A stretch of 64,000 nucleotides of DNA, taken from NCBI GenBank assembly GCA_050084515.1, contig CM114271.1, forward strand, positions 16,926,001 through 16,990,000, written 5' to 3'. Shown here piece by piece: positions 13,390 through 24,489 of the stretch. Positions within the stretch are counted from its first letter, which is position 1. Each line of letters opens with the position of its first letter. Origin of the DNA: Blasia pusilla (Eukaryota). The notes beneath the pieces were generated by a model that saw only the letters and a program-made list of their open reading frames with translations, did no database searches and was not told the DNA's origin. Both the position numbers and the translations under genes were made by a program.

Positions 13390-14200
13390 ATGGGAGAAGC
13401 GAGTGCGACGACTCCTATTGTTGATGCTCAGGAGGGGCATGTATCGAGCACGTTGTTGGGGGCGGCCACCATTGTGTACCGCGCTCCTTTATTTTTTGCT
13501 TCCGATGTTATGACGTTGGGGGGTACGCCCAGCGAGGCTTTTTGGCTGGCCGCTATGCTATGTGAGCGTGGAGTTGGAGTTCTTGCATCACATTTAGAGG
13601 TGATTGAAGAGGAGGTGATGGACCTGCCCTTGGAGCGAATACTCGGGCCGTCCACGTCAGATTCATGGCAAGCTGCGACTGCTAAGATGGCGGAGATGCC
13701 CGCTAGACCCGCGATAGAGCGTGCCATGGCTTCTCCTGGTGTTGTGTTGCTGGATAACCGAGGAGCGGTCTTCCAGTTGGTGAGTCCCGAAGGTAGAACT
13801 TTTAGTCCGCAGCGCGTCTTGTTGGATTCAAGAGCACAACCCCTGATGTTGGGGAAAGCGTCATTCAGAGGATTGGGCTTGACGAGAGTCGATGTGGAGC
13901 GTTGTCCATTCTGGATACAGAAATTCTTGGGTGGAGCAAGTACCACACAGTATATCACCCGACAGGAGGTCGTGGTGAGGATTCACCTGGGACATCCTAC
14001 ATATGAGTCTGTGGTGCGAGCCAAGGCGATAGTGACAGATGCAGAGTCCTACGACGTCTTGGTTGGTGGAGTAGTGTTATACCCGATGGGGTTTTCCCTG
14101 GATTACTGGGAGGAGTCAGCGTCCTACAGACCAAGATGGCAATCAGGTGATGGGCGCCTTAGCTCATTACGCATTCGATTCACAGGTGCAGTGATCACTG
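13390..14200 (+). pseudogene. Element A retropepsin-like aspartic protease
   Basis: RVLLDSRAQP (DSGA in copies B and C) and downstream YDVLVG motif. Confidence 0.85.
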
Positions 14201-14559
14201 CACCTGTGAATGTTGCTAAGGTCGCCATCTCTCGCCAAGAGAGATGGCGACCTTAGCAACATTTAGCAGTGCCATCACTTGGCCTAGTGATTTGATTAAG
14301 GGACACGTCCATGCAGAGGATACTCTCATTCCTGACATTTCTATGGAGAGGAGTGTTATGGTAGCCGCATCATTCCGTGGAGGAGAGGTGCCGCTGTGGG
14401 GCTCGACTGAGGAGCTTCGACGATTAGCAGATGAGCCCGGTCAGACCGCGTGGAGCGAGGCGTTTGCACCGGAGAGTGACGGATCTGAGGAACCCGAGGT
14501 AGCAGGGAGTGCTACGATGACACCCTTGGATACCACACCCATTGTGTGGTGTACCCCGG

Positions 14560-15480
14560 AGGAGGATATTCGAGTGTTAGATCTCTTTAGAGGGATTAGC
14601 ACCGAGTTAGTTGTTTTCTTGCAAGCAAGAGTGCAAGTACATCAGTACCTATATGTGGAGAGTGATGATGTTGCGAGGCGCGTCTCACTACGACATGTGG
14701 TGCAATTACGCTTACATTTTCCCGACTTATTGTCTGCGCCCGCGGTATAGGGGTACCATAGTTCCCTACTGAGGGATATTTTGTTGTTGGGGGCGTAGGA
14801 CTTAGAGCGGGTAGGGACCATTGATTTGGTTATTTCTGGTTGGCTATGTCAAGGCCAATCGAGTGCTGGACGAGGCAGCGGGTTGGCTGACACTCGGTCT
14901 AGGTTGTTTTGGGAGATGTTGAGGGTCTTACAGCAGTTGCAGGAGCACCAGTCTCGTTCTCCAGCCTACATTCTAAAGAATGTGCGGATCTTAGGAGACT
15001 CTAGGTCACGGGTGGTGACGAGTGCTCATCAAGTGCATGCCTCGATTGGCCCAGTAGTGTTCTTGGATGTAGTAAGTGTAGGTTCTAAAGCCCATCGCCG
15101 GCATCTATGGTGGACCAACTTGGTGCCCCATGCGGTGTTACGAAAGGCATATGCGAGAGTGGAGCGCCCCTCCCATTTGTTAGTGGATTCTATTCTTGAT
15201 CCGAGTCGTCGCTCACAGGCAGTGAGGCACGATGATCAACCACCGTTGACTGTGGTCAACAAGGTAAGCAAGCCGCGAGGAGCCTTTCCCACGCTTGTGA
15301 GTTTTTGTGCTTCCTATGCATACAAGAAGGCCGGTCCTGGCTTGGTTTGGGATGACCAAGTTTAGAGGTTGGTGGAGCCCAACGTCGATGAGAGAGAGCG
15401 GGCGATGGGATTTCCAACAGGAGTGATGGCATGGATCTTCAGCTTGGGAGTGGCTGAGCAGCGTCGGATGAGATCGCGAC
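14560..15480 (+). pseudogene. Element A DNMT3-like C5 cytosine methyltransferase domain, disrupted
   Basis: Motif I IRVLDLFRGI. Motif II YLYVESD. Motif IV IDLVISGWLCQG (GWPC in copy C). Motif VI YILKNV (ENV in copy C). Motif VIII AHRRHLWWTNL. Motif IX ERERAMGFP. Motif X is deleted here but present in copies B and C (VLGQAM / RRHVLGRAM). Confidence 0.9.
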
Positions 15481-15809
15481 AGATCACAGCGGTTGTGTTG
15501 GTGAGCCCCATGCCAACCGAGACGGTGGAGGAAGTGGCTGGGGGCGAGACCCGAGGAGATCGACACACCAGGGGAGATCGGGAGAGACACCCTTGGACTT
15601 CTTGGGATGTTTTGCATGTACGCTAGGAGATGATAGCGACAGCATCGAGCATGGTTCCGGGCACTGCATGTGGAGGAGATCAGAGTTTGCAATTGGCTGC
15701 ACGAGAGCGGTCGAGTGTTGTTGTTCGAGACGGGATTGTACCATAGCAACCACCGATATCCACGCCAGAGAGTCCTACTGTAGTCACCATGGAGAACTGG
15801 GAGCCAGAT

Positions 15810-17240
15810 ATGGGCCCTAAGTTGATAGGAGGAGAGCGGCGCCAAATATATCAGTTCCTCAAGAGTTATAGGAGCTGCTTTGCGTTTAGCATGGAGGATT
15901 TGGGTATGTTGAAGGGGCCGGAGATCCGCATTGAGTTGTCGAGTGATACGTCGATCTTTTGACAACACTACAGGTACAATGATATGGAGAGGGCTCTGAT
16001 TCAGAGTAGTAGCCAGGACTTGGTTGGAGCAGGACTAGTGGAGATGTTGCATGGGGAGTATGCATCTGCCACTGTCATGCCCGCCAAGAAGGATGTGCAT
16101 GGCAACTGGACGTATAGGCGGATGTGTGGGGATTACCGACCTATCAATTGGCAGATAAAATCCGATAGGTATGCCATGCCCACCTGTGAGGAGATCTTTG
16201 ATGCAATTGGTCACGCAAAGGTCTTCAGTTCGTTAGATTTGCAAGCCGGATACCATCAATTGCCTATCAGATTAGAGGACAGGCAGAAGACGACATTTTG
16301 GGGCATCGATCCTCATGGGAAGGATTGTTTGTACCAGTGGCGGTTCTTACCATTTGGGTTAAAGAACGCCCCGGCTGAGTTTCAGAGGGTCATGGATAGG
16401 ATCTTGGCTAGTCTGGATTTTGCTAGGTGTTATACTGATAACATCGTAGTCTTTAGCGCCACGGTTGAGGAGCATGAGCGACATCTAGAGGAGGTGTTTT
16501 GACGATTGCAATTACATGGGCTCAAGCTACATCCACGCAAGTGCAAGTTCTTTTATGACCAGATTGAGTACTTTGGTCATACGATATACCCAAGGGGCCT
16601 TGGTGTTCAACAGATGAAGGTAGAGGCTATCTCATGCATTCCACGCCCTACAAATGTGAGCCGTGTTCGCGCATTCATGGGATTGGCGAACTTCTATCGG
16701 CGATACGTTAAGGGATTCACTTTGATTGCGAAGCCGCTAACCTTGTTGACCAAGGTGGATCACGAGTGGCACTGGGAGAATGAGCAGGAGCGAGCATTTT
16801 AGTTGCTCAAGGACAGGTTGACATCCGCGCCCATCTTGAGGAGACCAATCAGGGGGCGTCCTTCCTAATTGCACACAGATTGGAGCATGTTGGGGCTTGG
16901 AGCGGTGCTCACTCAGCATGATGATGAGGGTAGAGAGTTTGTGGTGGCTTCTGCTAGCCGCTCGAGCAACGTTGCAGAGGCGAAGCACAGCTCGTATGAG
17001 GGTGAGTGCTTGGCTGTAGTGTGGGCTGTCGCGCATTTCAGGTGTTACTTATTCGGCAATCCCTTTACCATCATCATTGATCATCAACCACTGAAGTGGT
17101 TGATGGAGTCCGACAAGCTTACAAGGAAGCTTGCGAGATGGGCTCAATTGTTGCAGGAGTATGATTTTCAAGTGGTACATAGACTTGGGATGCTCAACCA
17201 AGATGCAGATGGGTTGAGTCGTAACCCATGCTTGAATCGA
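15810..17240 (+). pseudogene. pol: Element A reverse transcriptase and RNase H (Ty3/Gypsy type)
   Basis: RRMCGDYRPIN, FSSLDLQAGYHQL, LPFGLKNAPAEFQRVM, YTDN (YIDD in copy C); RNase H HTDWS..GLGAVL, YEGECLAVVWAV, DHQPL, ADGLSR. Confidence 0.95.
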
Positions 17241-17559
17241 CGAGATGCGACTGGAGCTCGATGGCATGGAGAGAGTGATGAGGAGTCAGTGCTAGGATGG
17301 CACGCGTCAGCCTATTTAGGTATGTTGGCTATGGAGAGCCAGAGTGTGGAGACTTCGATGGCGAGGTCTAGTGGAGAGTCTTTGGATCCCGAGGCCAGTG
17401 AGGAGACGCCAGGTAGCCAAGATATTCATGATGATGGAGTAGTCTTGGAGTACCTTTGTACTGGCAGCGTTGCGAGCACCGTGGATGCTAGAGACCGGGA
17501 TCGGATCTTACACCGGGCCAGACGGTTGCGTTGGGAGGGAACACATGTTTTGAGGGTGT

Positions 17560-18890
17560 GGGAGGATGGTAGAGTACGCGTAGTGCCGCATCCTATGCAG
17601 AGAGCACGACTAGTGCAGCATGCCCAACGAGGAGTTGGGTCATTTTGGGGTGAAGCGAACGTACAGCTTGCTACAGATTTAGTATTGGTGGCGAGGCATG
17701 CAGACTAACGTATAGCACTTTGTTGCCAAGTGCATGGTGTGTGATCGGGTCCGAGCATCGTTCAATGCTCCGACCGAGCATCATTCAATGCTCCGACTCC
17801 ACATTTGCATCCATTACCAATCATGGGCTTAGGGTATAGATGGAGTTTGGATTTTGCAGGACCTTCGCCTTTGACGGATTGTCATAGTCATTATGTGTTG
17901 GTGATGGTCAAGCACTTCTCAAAGTGGATCAAGTTGGTTGCATTGCCTGACAAAGCGAGTGAGGGAGTAGCTTATGCCTTCCTTGACACAGTGTTGAGTC
18001 ATTATGGCGCACCGGCTGAGGTGTTGATAGACCAAGGTACCGAGTTTCGTGGTGAGTTCCAGGCCTTGTGTGATCAAGCGCTGATCGACCACCCTATGAT
18101 TTTGCGAGATCATCCCGAGGCGGATGGATTAGGGGAGAGAGTTGTGCAGACGGTGAAGAGGGGTTTACATAAGTATGGCTTGCAGAGAGGTCACCTAGGA
18201 GATTGGGACCTCCAGTTGCCCTTGTTGGCGATGGGATACAGATTCAGCAGACATCCTTAGCCTCTTTTTCACCGTACTTACTACTTTATGGCCGAGAGCC
18301 AGATTTACCTACGGCCATTCGTCGAGATGTTGGTGAGGTGCTGGACCTTGATGACCAAGATGTATGGATGCGAGCCTGTACTCAGAGGGCTGAGTTGTTT
18401 CGGAGAGTGATGCCCATGGCGTTAGAGAACTTGGCGATTGCGCAGCATCGGAATACGTTGAGGTATGCAACTATTTGGGGTGGTGGTTATCGACCAACTA
18501 TCCGGAGGTTTCACCAGGGAGATTATGTCTACTTGCAGCAAACGACACCGACGACGTTGGATGTGACTGTAGGGCGCACTATCGTGAGAGTGCGTGACGT
18601 TTTGCCATCCGGTGTTCTCTTGCTAGAGGGACGCGATGATATGGTATGGTATGGAAGGACCATGTGCGTAATTGTGCGCCATGTCACCTTCCTAACACTA
18701 ATGGTATAGTAGATCCAAGCTTAGCAATAGTTCTTGCAGGCTTGCGTTGTATGTTGTGTGGTTCTGCCTGTGGTGCGGCCACGATACTAGTCTGTGATGG
18801 ATGTTCGAGAGGTTGGTATATGGCATGTTTGACGCCACCTCTCATTAGGGTTCCTCGGGGATGATGGATGTGTCCTAGATGTACATAGAG
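17560..18890 (+). pseudogene. Element A DDE integrase with C-terminal PHD finger
   Basis: HHCC region, WSLDFAGP, DQGTEF, ADGLGERVVQTVK. Terminal CMLC...VCDGCSRGWYMACLTPPL...W-CPRC PHD pattern at about 18742-18885. Confidence 0.92.
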
Positions 18891-19078
18891 GAGAAACTAC
18901 GTAGGTTTTGATTCTGACTTTTTTTGTGACATGGATGACAGGAGGGCGACTAACGATGGGGCCACATGAGCACCCGGACTTTCTACTCTTAGCGTCCTAG
19001 AGATGTATGTCATGGTAGGTAGGGATAGATGACTATCTGGAGTTAGAGGGACCTAACCATCAGCTAGGGGGGCGATTG

Positions 19079-19846
19079 GAGATATTTTAGTACTTCTTGT
19101 CTTGTTGTTTGGATGCCATGAGTTAGCATGGGATCGTGCGTGTTTGTATGTGTGTTCGCTGATAGCGATGTATGTTGTGTAGCGATGTGTATGCGCACAA
19201 CAATTATCACGTTTTTTAAGATAGATCGATGAGATCTAGTAGAGCGCCTTTGTGAGTAGTGGAGGATAGGCTCAGTAGGTTAAGGATGACTTGCTGAGGC
19301 CCCGGGAAACCTAAGAGAGGAGGTTTTCCCTTCGTTTCGGCTCATTTGGAGCCATCTTGAGCAACTTACTATTTTAGGTGTATACCATTTTGAATATATG
19401 ATCGACTATCTATTTTTGGTAAGTGGCCCTTGACCTCCTACATCAGATCAAGAGCCAAGGAGGTGACTTGGGAGAATAGGTTACCATGGAGAGAGCTTGG
19501 GAGAGAGGAGGGGTATACCTCAAGGAGAGAGAGCTTGAGAGCTCATTCTCTCTTTGTTGAACCTCTTGGCATGAGGCGGCGGAGCTATGGTCCCTTGCCT
19601 TGTGAGTGTAACCCAAGCCTCTCATTAGGAGAGTGGGTTTGGTTTGACATGAGAGAGAGTGCACACCTTTGAGAGCTATGGTGTGAGACGGTGTAGAGAG
19701 AGATTGGATCTTATTTTAACAAGAGATATTTTAGTACTTCTTGTCTCGTTGTTTGGATGTCATGAGTTAGTATGGGATCGTGCGTGTTTGTGTGTGTGTT
19801 CGGTGACAGCAATGTATGTTGTGTAGTGATGTGTATGCGCACGATA
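19079..19846 (+). repeat. Element A 3' B1-AT-A2-B2 split-repeat block
   Basis: B1 19079-19202, spacer AT 19203-19204, A2 19205-~19722, B2 19723-19846 (B = 124 bp, offset 644). Confidence 0.93.
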
Positions 19847-21310
19847 TAGGCGAGGCCTTCGTCTATAAAGATGTGGCGGGGCCTCTGAGTGTTCAAAAGC
19901 CCCTTTGTTTGCACCCCTCGCGATGGCCCTAAAGTTGACACTAGAATGTGTTCTTTTGGCTTAAGAAAAGCTCCTACCAAGCGCCAAAATCAGATCTTAA
20001 GAGCCAATGCAAAAGCATTCCGAACTATAGTTCCAATTGAGCTCAAACCCTCCGCCCCAACCCCATTTCCCCCCATCCCCCCTCTTGGCGGTAGACCTAC
20101 TTTTGCTTGTTGAAGGACCTATTCGGGCTTTGAAAGACATCCTACCGCCCTTTCTAGGGCATTTGGAACTATAGTTCAAATGGAAGTTTATTGAAGGACG
20201 TTTGGAACTCTAATTCCAAATGAGCTCGGAAGTATTTGGTTTCTACCGCTCGAGATAGCCCTAAAGTTGACAACAGAATGTATTGATTCAGTTCTGGAGA
20301 AGCTCCTACCGAGCGCCAAAATCGGTCTTAAATGCCAATTTAAAAGCATTCGAAACTCTAGTTCCAAATGAGCTGGAAGCTTCCGGCCCCCCTATCCTGC
20401 AAGAATCTGGAACATCATCTTGGTAGTAGACCTACTGTTGCCCGTGAAAGGAGCTCTTTGGGCTTTGCAACATCACATACCGCCAATTAAAGGGCATTCG
20501 GAACTATAGTTCCAATCGAAGTTATATTTGACTTACAGAACGTCTTCTCCCACCATAATTGAATCTTAAGATCTAATTGGACTTTGACTAAGTATTGTTC
20601 TAAATGACTTTCAACCGGTAGGGCATCTAGGGACACAATCAAAACTTAGGTTCTCATTCTACATTTGTTTCCAAACTATTGGGATCTTAGGAGCTAATTC
20701 ATGGACATTCCGAACTACAGTTCCAATCGAGGATGGGGATTTCCCTTTATTGGACGCTTGCTACGGCCGAAATTGGATCTTAAGATCCAATCGGACTTAG
20801 ACTAAGCATGGCTCCAAATGAAGTTCAGCAGGCAAGGTAGTTAGGGCCATAATCAAAACTAAATGAGGTTCTAATTCTATATTTGTTTCCGAACTATTGG
20901 GATCTTAGAAGCCAATTCAAGGACATTCAGAACTATAATTCCAATCGAGGATGGGGATTTCCCTTTATTGGACGCCTTCTACGGCCTGGATCTTAAGATC
21001 CAATCGGACTTAGACTAAGTATGGATCCAAATGGCGTTCAACAGGCCCGGTAGTTAGGGACACAATCAAAACTTAATAAGGTTATGATTCTACATTTATT
21101 TGCGAACTATTGGGATCTTAGGAGATAATTCAAATGCATTCGGAACTACAATTCCAATTGATCCAGAGGTTGGCAAAGTTGAGGATGCAAGCACTAAAAG
21201 AAAAAATTATACACACATATCACATTAAAAGTCTATCCCACAATCATTAAATGATAGTAAAATATGCACATTGAATATATCAAATTTGGAACTCAAGTTC
21301 CAATTCGGGA
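19847..21310. repeat. Continuation of the GGAACTATAGTTCC repeat region, including ~230-bp tandem units
   Basis: Motif near 20021, 20162, 20202, 20351, 20500, 20711, 20930, 21141 and 21285. Blocks at about 20500-20710, 20710-20930 and 20930-21160 are clearly homologous. Confidence 0.75.
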
Positions 21311-24300
21311 TAATTAACAAAATTCCCTGACAATCATATTGCTTCACAATCTTTAGCTTCTATTCTGTGGAATATGTTACAGTTCTCGCAATTTTTAGCT
21401 TCCATTCTCTGCAATATGTCACAATTCCCGTTGTATATATTTACAAATATCTACTAAAGAAATTATAATTGTACATATTATATTTCCAATCGGAGGAGAG
21501 TCTAATGTGTTGCTATATTTATGACATCCTCCAGCTCAACCTAGGCAACATACTTCCTTAATCCATCCTCTTCAATATGCATGTGTTACATTTCACGTTC
21601 TATTTATAAATGTAACTAATGGCATCATTGTACAATATCATTCCAGCTACCTATTATCTTCTATGACTTCTCTTCCTGCTTAATCGCAAGAAGATCTCAT
21701 CCTTGGCAATGTCGGTAACGTCCTCCGGCTCAACCTAACGGACATCCTTCTGGAATGTATCGACGTACTACTCCAACTAAACCTTGCCTCTCTCGAAGTC
21801 AGAAAAATACTCATGAAATCCACTTGGAGATCTTCCTTTAAAGCCATGTACATAGTTTGGAACTTATCATTATTCAACTTCAAATACACCTCGTCAAATT
21901 TCTCAAGTCGATATCCTTAGCCTTTGAGATGATAAAACTGAACAAATGTTGCTTCACTACGTGTAAGTTGTACCTTGGGGCTCTTACTTCCGTAGAAGAG
22001 ACACGTCACGTACAAAAAAGTATAGGGTTTTTTAATTGGAATCAGGGGAAGACTTATAAAGAGTCATGGAAGAACTTTAGGATATTTTTAATTTACGGCA
22101 TCATTTATAAAAAAAAATGGGCATTGTTAATTCACAAGGTGTACATTTAAGATGTCCAAGAAAGTAAGGGGGGTTTTTTCTTAAAATGGTGGGCACACGT
22201 GTCAACAATTTATTGGTCCACGTGTCAATCTTAGAGCTAGACCAATAAATGACATGGATTTGTTAATTCATTTTGAATTTTAAATAAATATCTAAAATTT
22301 ATATATCTAACCTTATCTTCAACGTTGGCGGGAGAGAGTGAAGCCCGCGTGGGAGAGGGAAGGAATCTAGGTCGAAGCTCGAGGAAAGGATCTTAGCTCG
22401 GGGAAAGGAATGCATCACAGCTCGGAGAAAGGATCATGGCTCGGGGAAAGGAATGCAACTTGCAAAATGCTGAACGAATGTTAAAAGGGGAATGCTAATC
22501 GTTTAGCATTCTCATTCTCATTGTCTTAGTAGCGTCCAACCAAGGCGCAAGGATTAATATGTGAAAAGAGTCACAATTTTTTGTAGATGACAGCATTTGG
22601 GTCTGGAAGACGAACGGACTCAAGAGAGACTGGCTCTCGAGAGGGTCAAGTTTCCGATATGGATGTAGTAATTATCTTCTTATTCTTGTCTAGTCCGGTT
22701 CTCAGGTAATATGCATACCTCTAGCCCGATTGTGATTATCTAGGTAGGCTGCTAGAAGATAGAATGAACAGTTGCAACTACTCCCATCGAGTTTCCATCG
22801 TATTTGCATAAAACATGCAGCTCACCTGATATGATGGGGTTGCAGGAGGCAAGGCTGAAGATTTTCTCAAGGCGTAGCTTACATTCGTGAACCCAATCCA
22901 TTGGAGCAACTACCCAACATTGATACGTTGCCGCTTCTCACTCATATATTCCGTTTGAGATACACCGACACGTAGGAGACCATACAAGCACGAAGCTTGG
23001 TTCAACGTTCTCTAGTACTAGTATGACCTCCTTAAACCAGCTTGTGCTCTAGTCTTCCATTCATTTGATCAACCCAATTATCGACTTTCCTCTATAACAG
23101 TATATTGCAAAGTTTGGCCGTGAGGAAACTCACCATGATAGTTAATTATTGTGAGGGAAATAGTGGATTACCAGCCATAAGACATGAAGTGAGCTAGAGA
23201 CTAGGATATGTGTTGAGAGAAGAAGAAATGAAAAAGGAACTATATCAAAGCAGGGAGACACTCTCATACATTATCAATGCTATCTTTGTTCTGCCTAATG
23301 GTGATCTATATGGCTTTGGAGACATGATGCACCTCATAATGGGACGAAAGCAATTAATCCATTGGATAGATGCTCAACTACTTATGTCCTTGGAGATCAC
23401 CATGCATCTTTGTCATATGTCACAAATGTCTATAGCCACTACCAAATTCATGAAGATGGCTTGAAGTGGGATGATGTGAATAGGACTGACAAGAAGAATT
23501 GAGTTGGGCCTTAACGAATTGCTTCAAAGAGAGTGCAAGTGTATTTGCATGATATGTTTGAGAGAATGGATGTTCGTCATGACAAAAGCCTAGAGACCCA
23601 ACTGTACTTGGAGGTTTGTAGTGATTATATTGTCATGGGCATACACATCGCTATACAACATACATCGTTGTCATTGAACACACACACAAACACGCATGAT
23701 CCCATGCTAACTCATGGCATCCAAACAACGAGACAAGAAGTACCAAAATATCTCCAATAAAATAAGATTCAATCTCTCTCACAACACCATAGTTCTCACA
23801 TGTATGCACTCTCACATGTCTCTCTTAATGTCAAACCAAACCCATTTTCCTAATGAGAGGCTTAGGTTACACACACAAGGCAAGCAAGACCATAACTCCG
23901 CCGCCTCATGCCAAGAGGTTCAACAAAGAGAGAATGAGCTCTCAAACTCTCTCTTCTTGAGGTATATCCCTCCCCTCTCCCAAACTCTCTCCATGGTAAC
24001 CTATGCTCCAAAGTCACCTCCTTGGCTCTTGACCTGATGTAGGAGGTCAAGGGCCATTTTAAAAAAATAGAAAGTTGATCATATACTCAAAACGGTATTT
24101 ACCTAAAATAGTAAGTTCCTCAATATGGCTCAAAATGAGCCGAAACGAAGGGGAAACTTGCTCTCTCAGGTTTCCCGAGGCCTCAACAGGTCATCCTCGA
24201 CCTATTGAGCCTATCCTCCACTACTCACGAAGGCGCTCTACTAGATCTCATCGATCTATCCTAAAAGACATGAGATTTTTCGTGCGCATACACATTGCTA

Positions 24301-24489
24301 CACAACATACATCGTTGTCACCGAACACACACACACAAAACGCACGATCCCATGCTAACTCATGGTATCCAAACAACGAGACAAGAAGTACCAAAATATC
24401 TCCAATCGCCCTCCTAGCTAGTGGTTAGGTCCTTCTAACTCTAGATAGCCATCTATATCTACCTACCATGACATACATCTCTCGGATGC

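Larger units (their letters stand above)
9493..19846 (+). mobile_element. Element A: full-length, decayed Gypsy-like retroelement with split direct repeats; gag, protease, DNMT3-like MTase, RT, RNase H, integrase, PHD
   Basis: TAGG is duplicated at 9489-9492 and 19847-19850. Repeat A occurs at 9493-~10010 and 19205-~19722. Repeat B occurs at 19079-19202 and 19723-19846. Domain motifs are listed in the sub-features. Confidence 0.93.

Noticed and set aside
14560-15480. Host DNMT3/DRM gene or bacterial restriction-modification contaminant
   Set aside because: It is intronless, in frame with pol, at the same position in three element copies, has non-permuted motif order (unlike DRM), and is flanked by plant genes.
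9493-19722. Reading element A as a normal LTR element with A1/A2 as its LTRs
   Set aside because: There is no TSD after A2, no PBS after A1 and no PPT before A2. The TSD lies after B2, and the same holds for element C.
9488-19850. 5-bp TSDs (ATAGG; AACTT for element C)
   Set aside because: The fifth base is the element's own terminal A, as defined by the internal CA-AT-TG junction, and the ambiguity falls at opposite element ends in A and C. A 4-bp TSD fits both.
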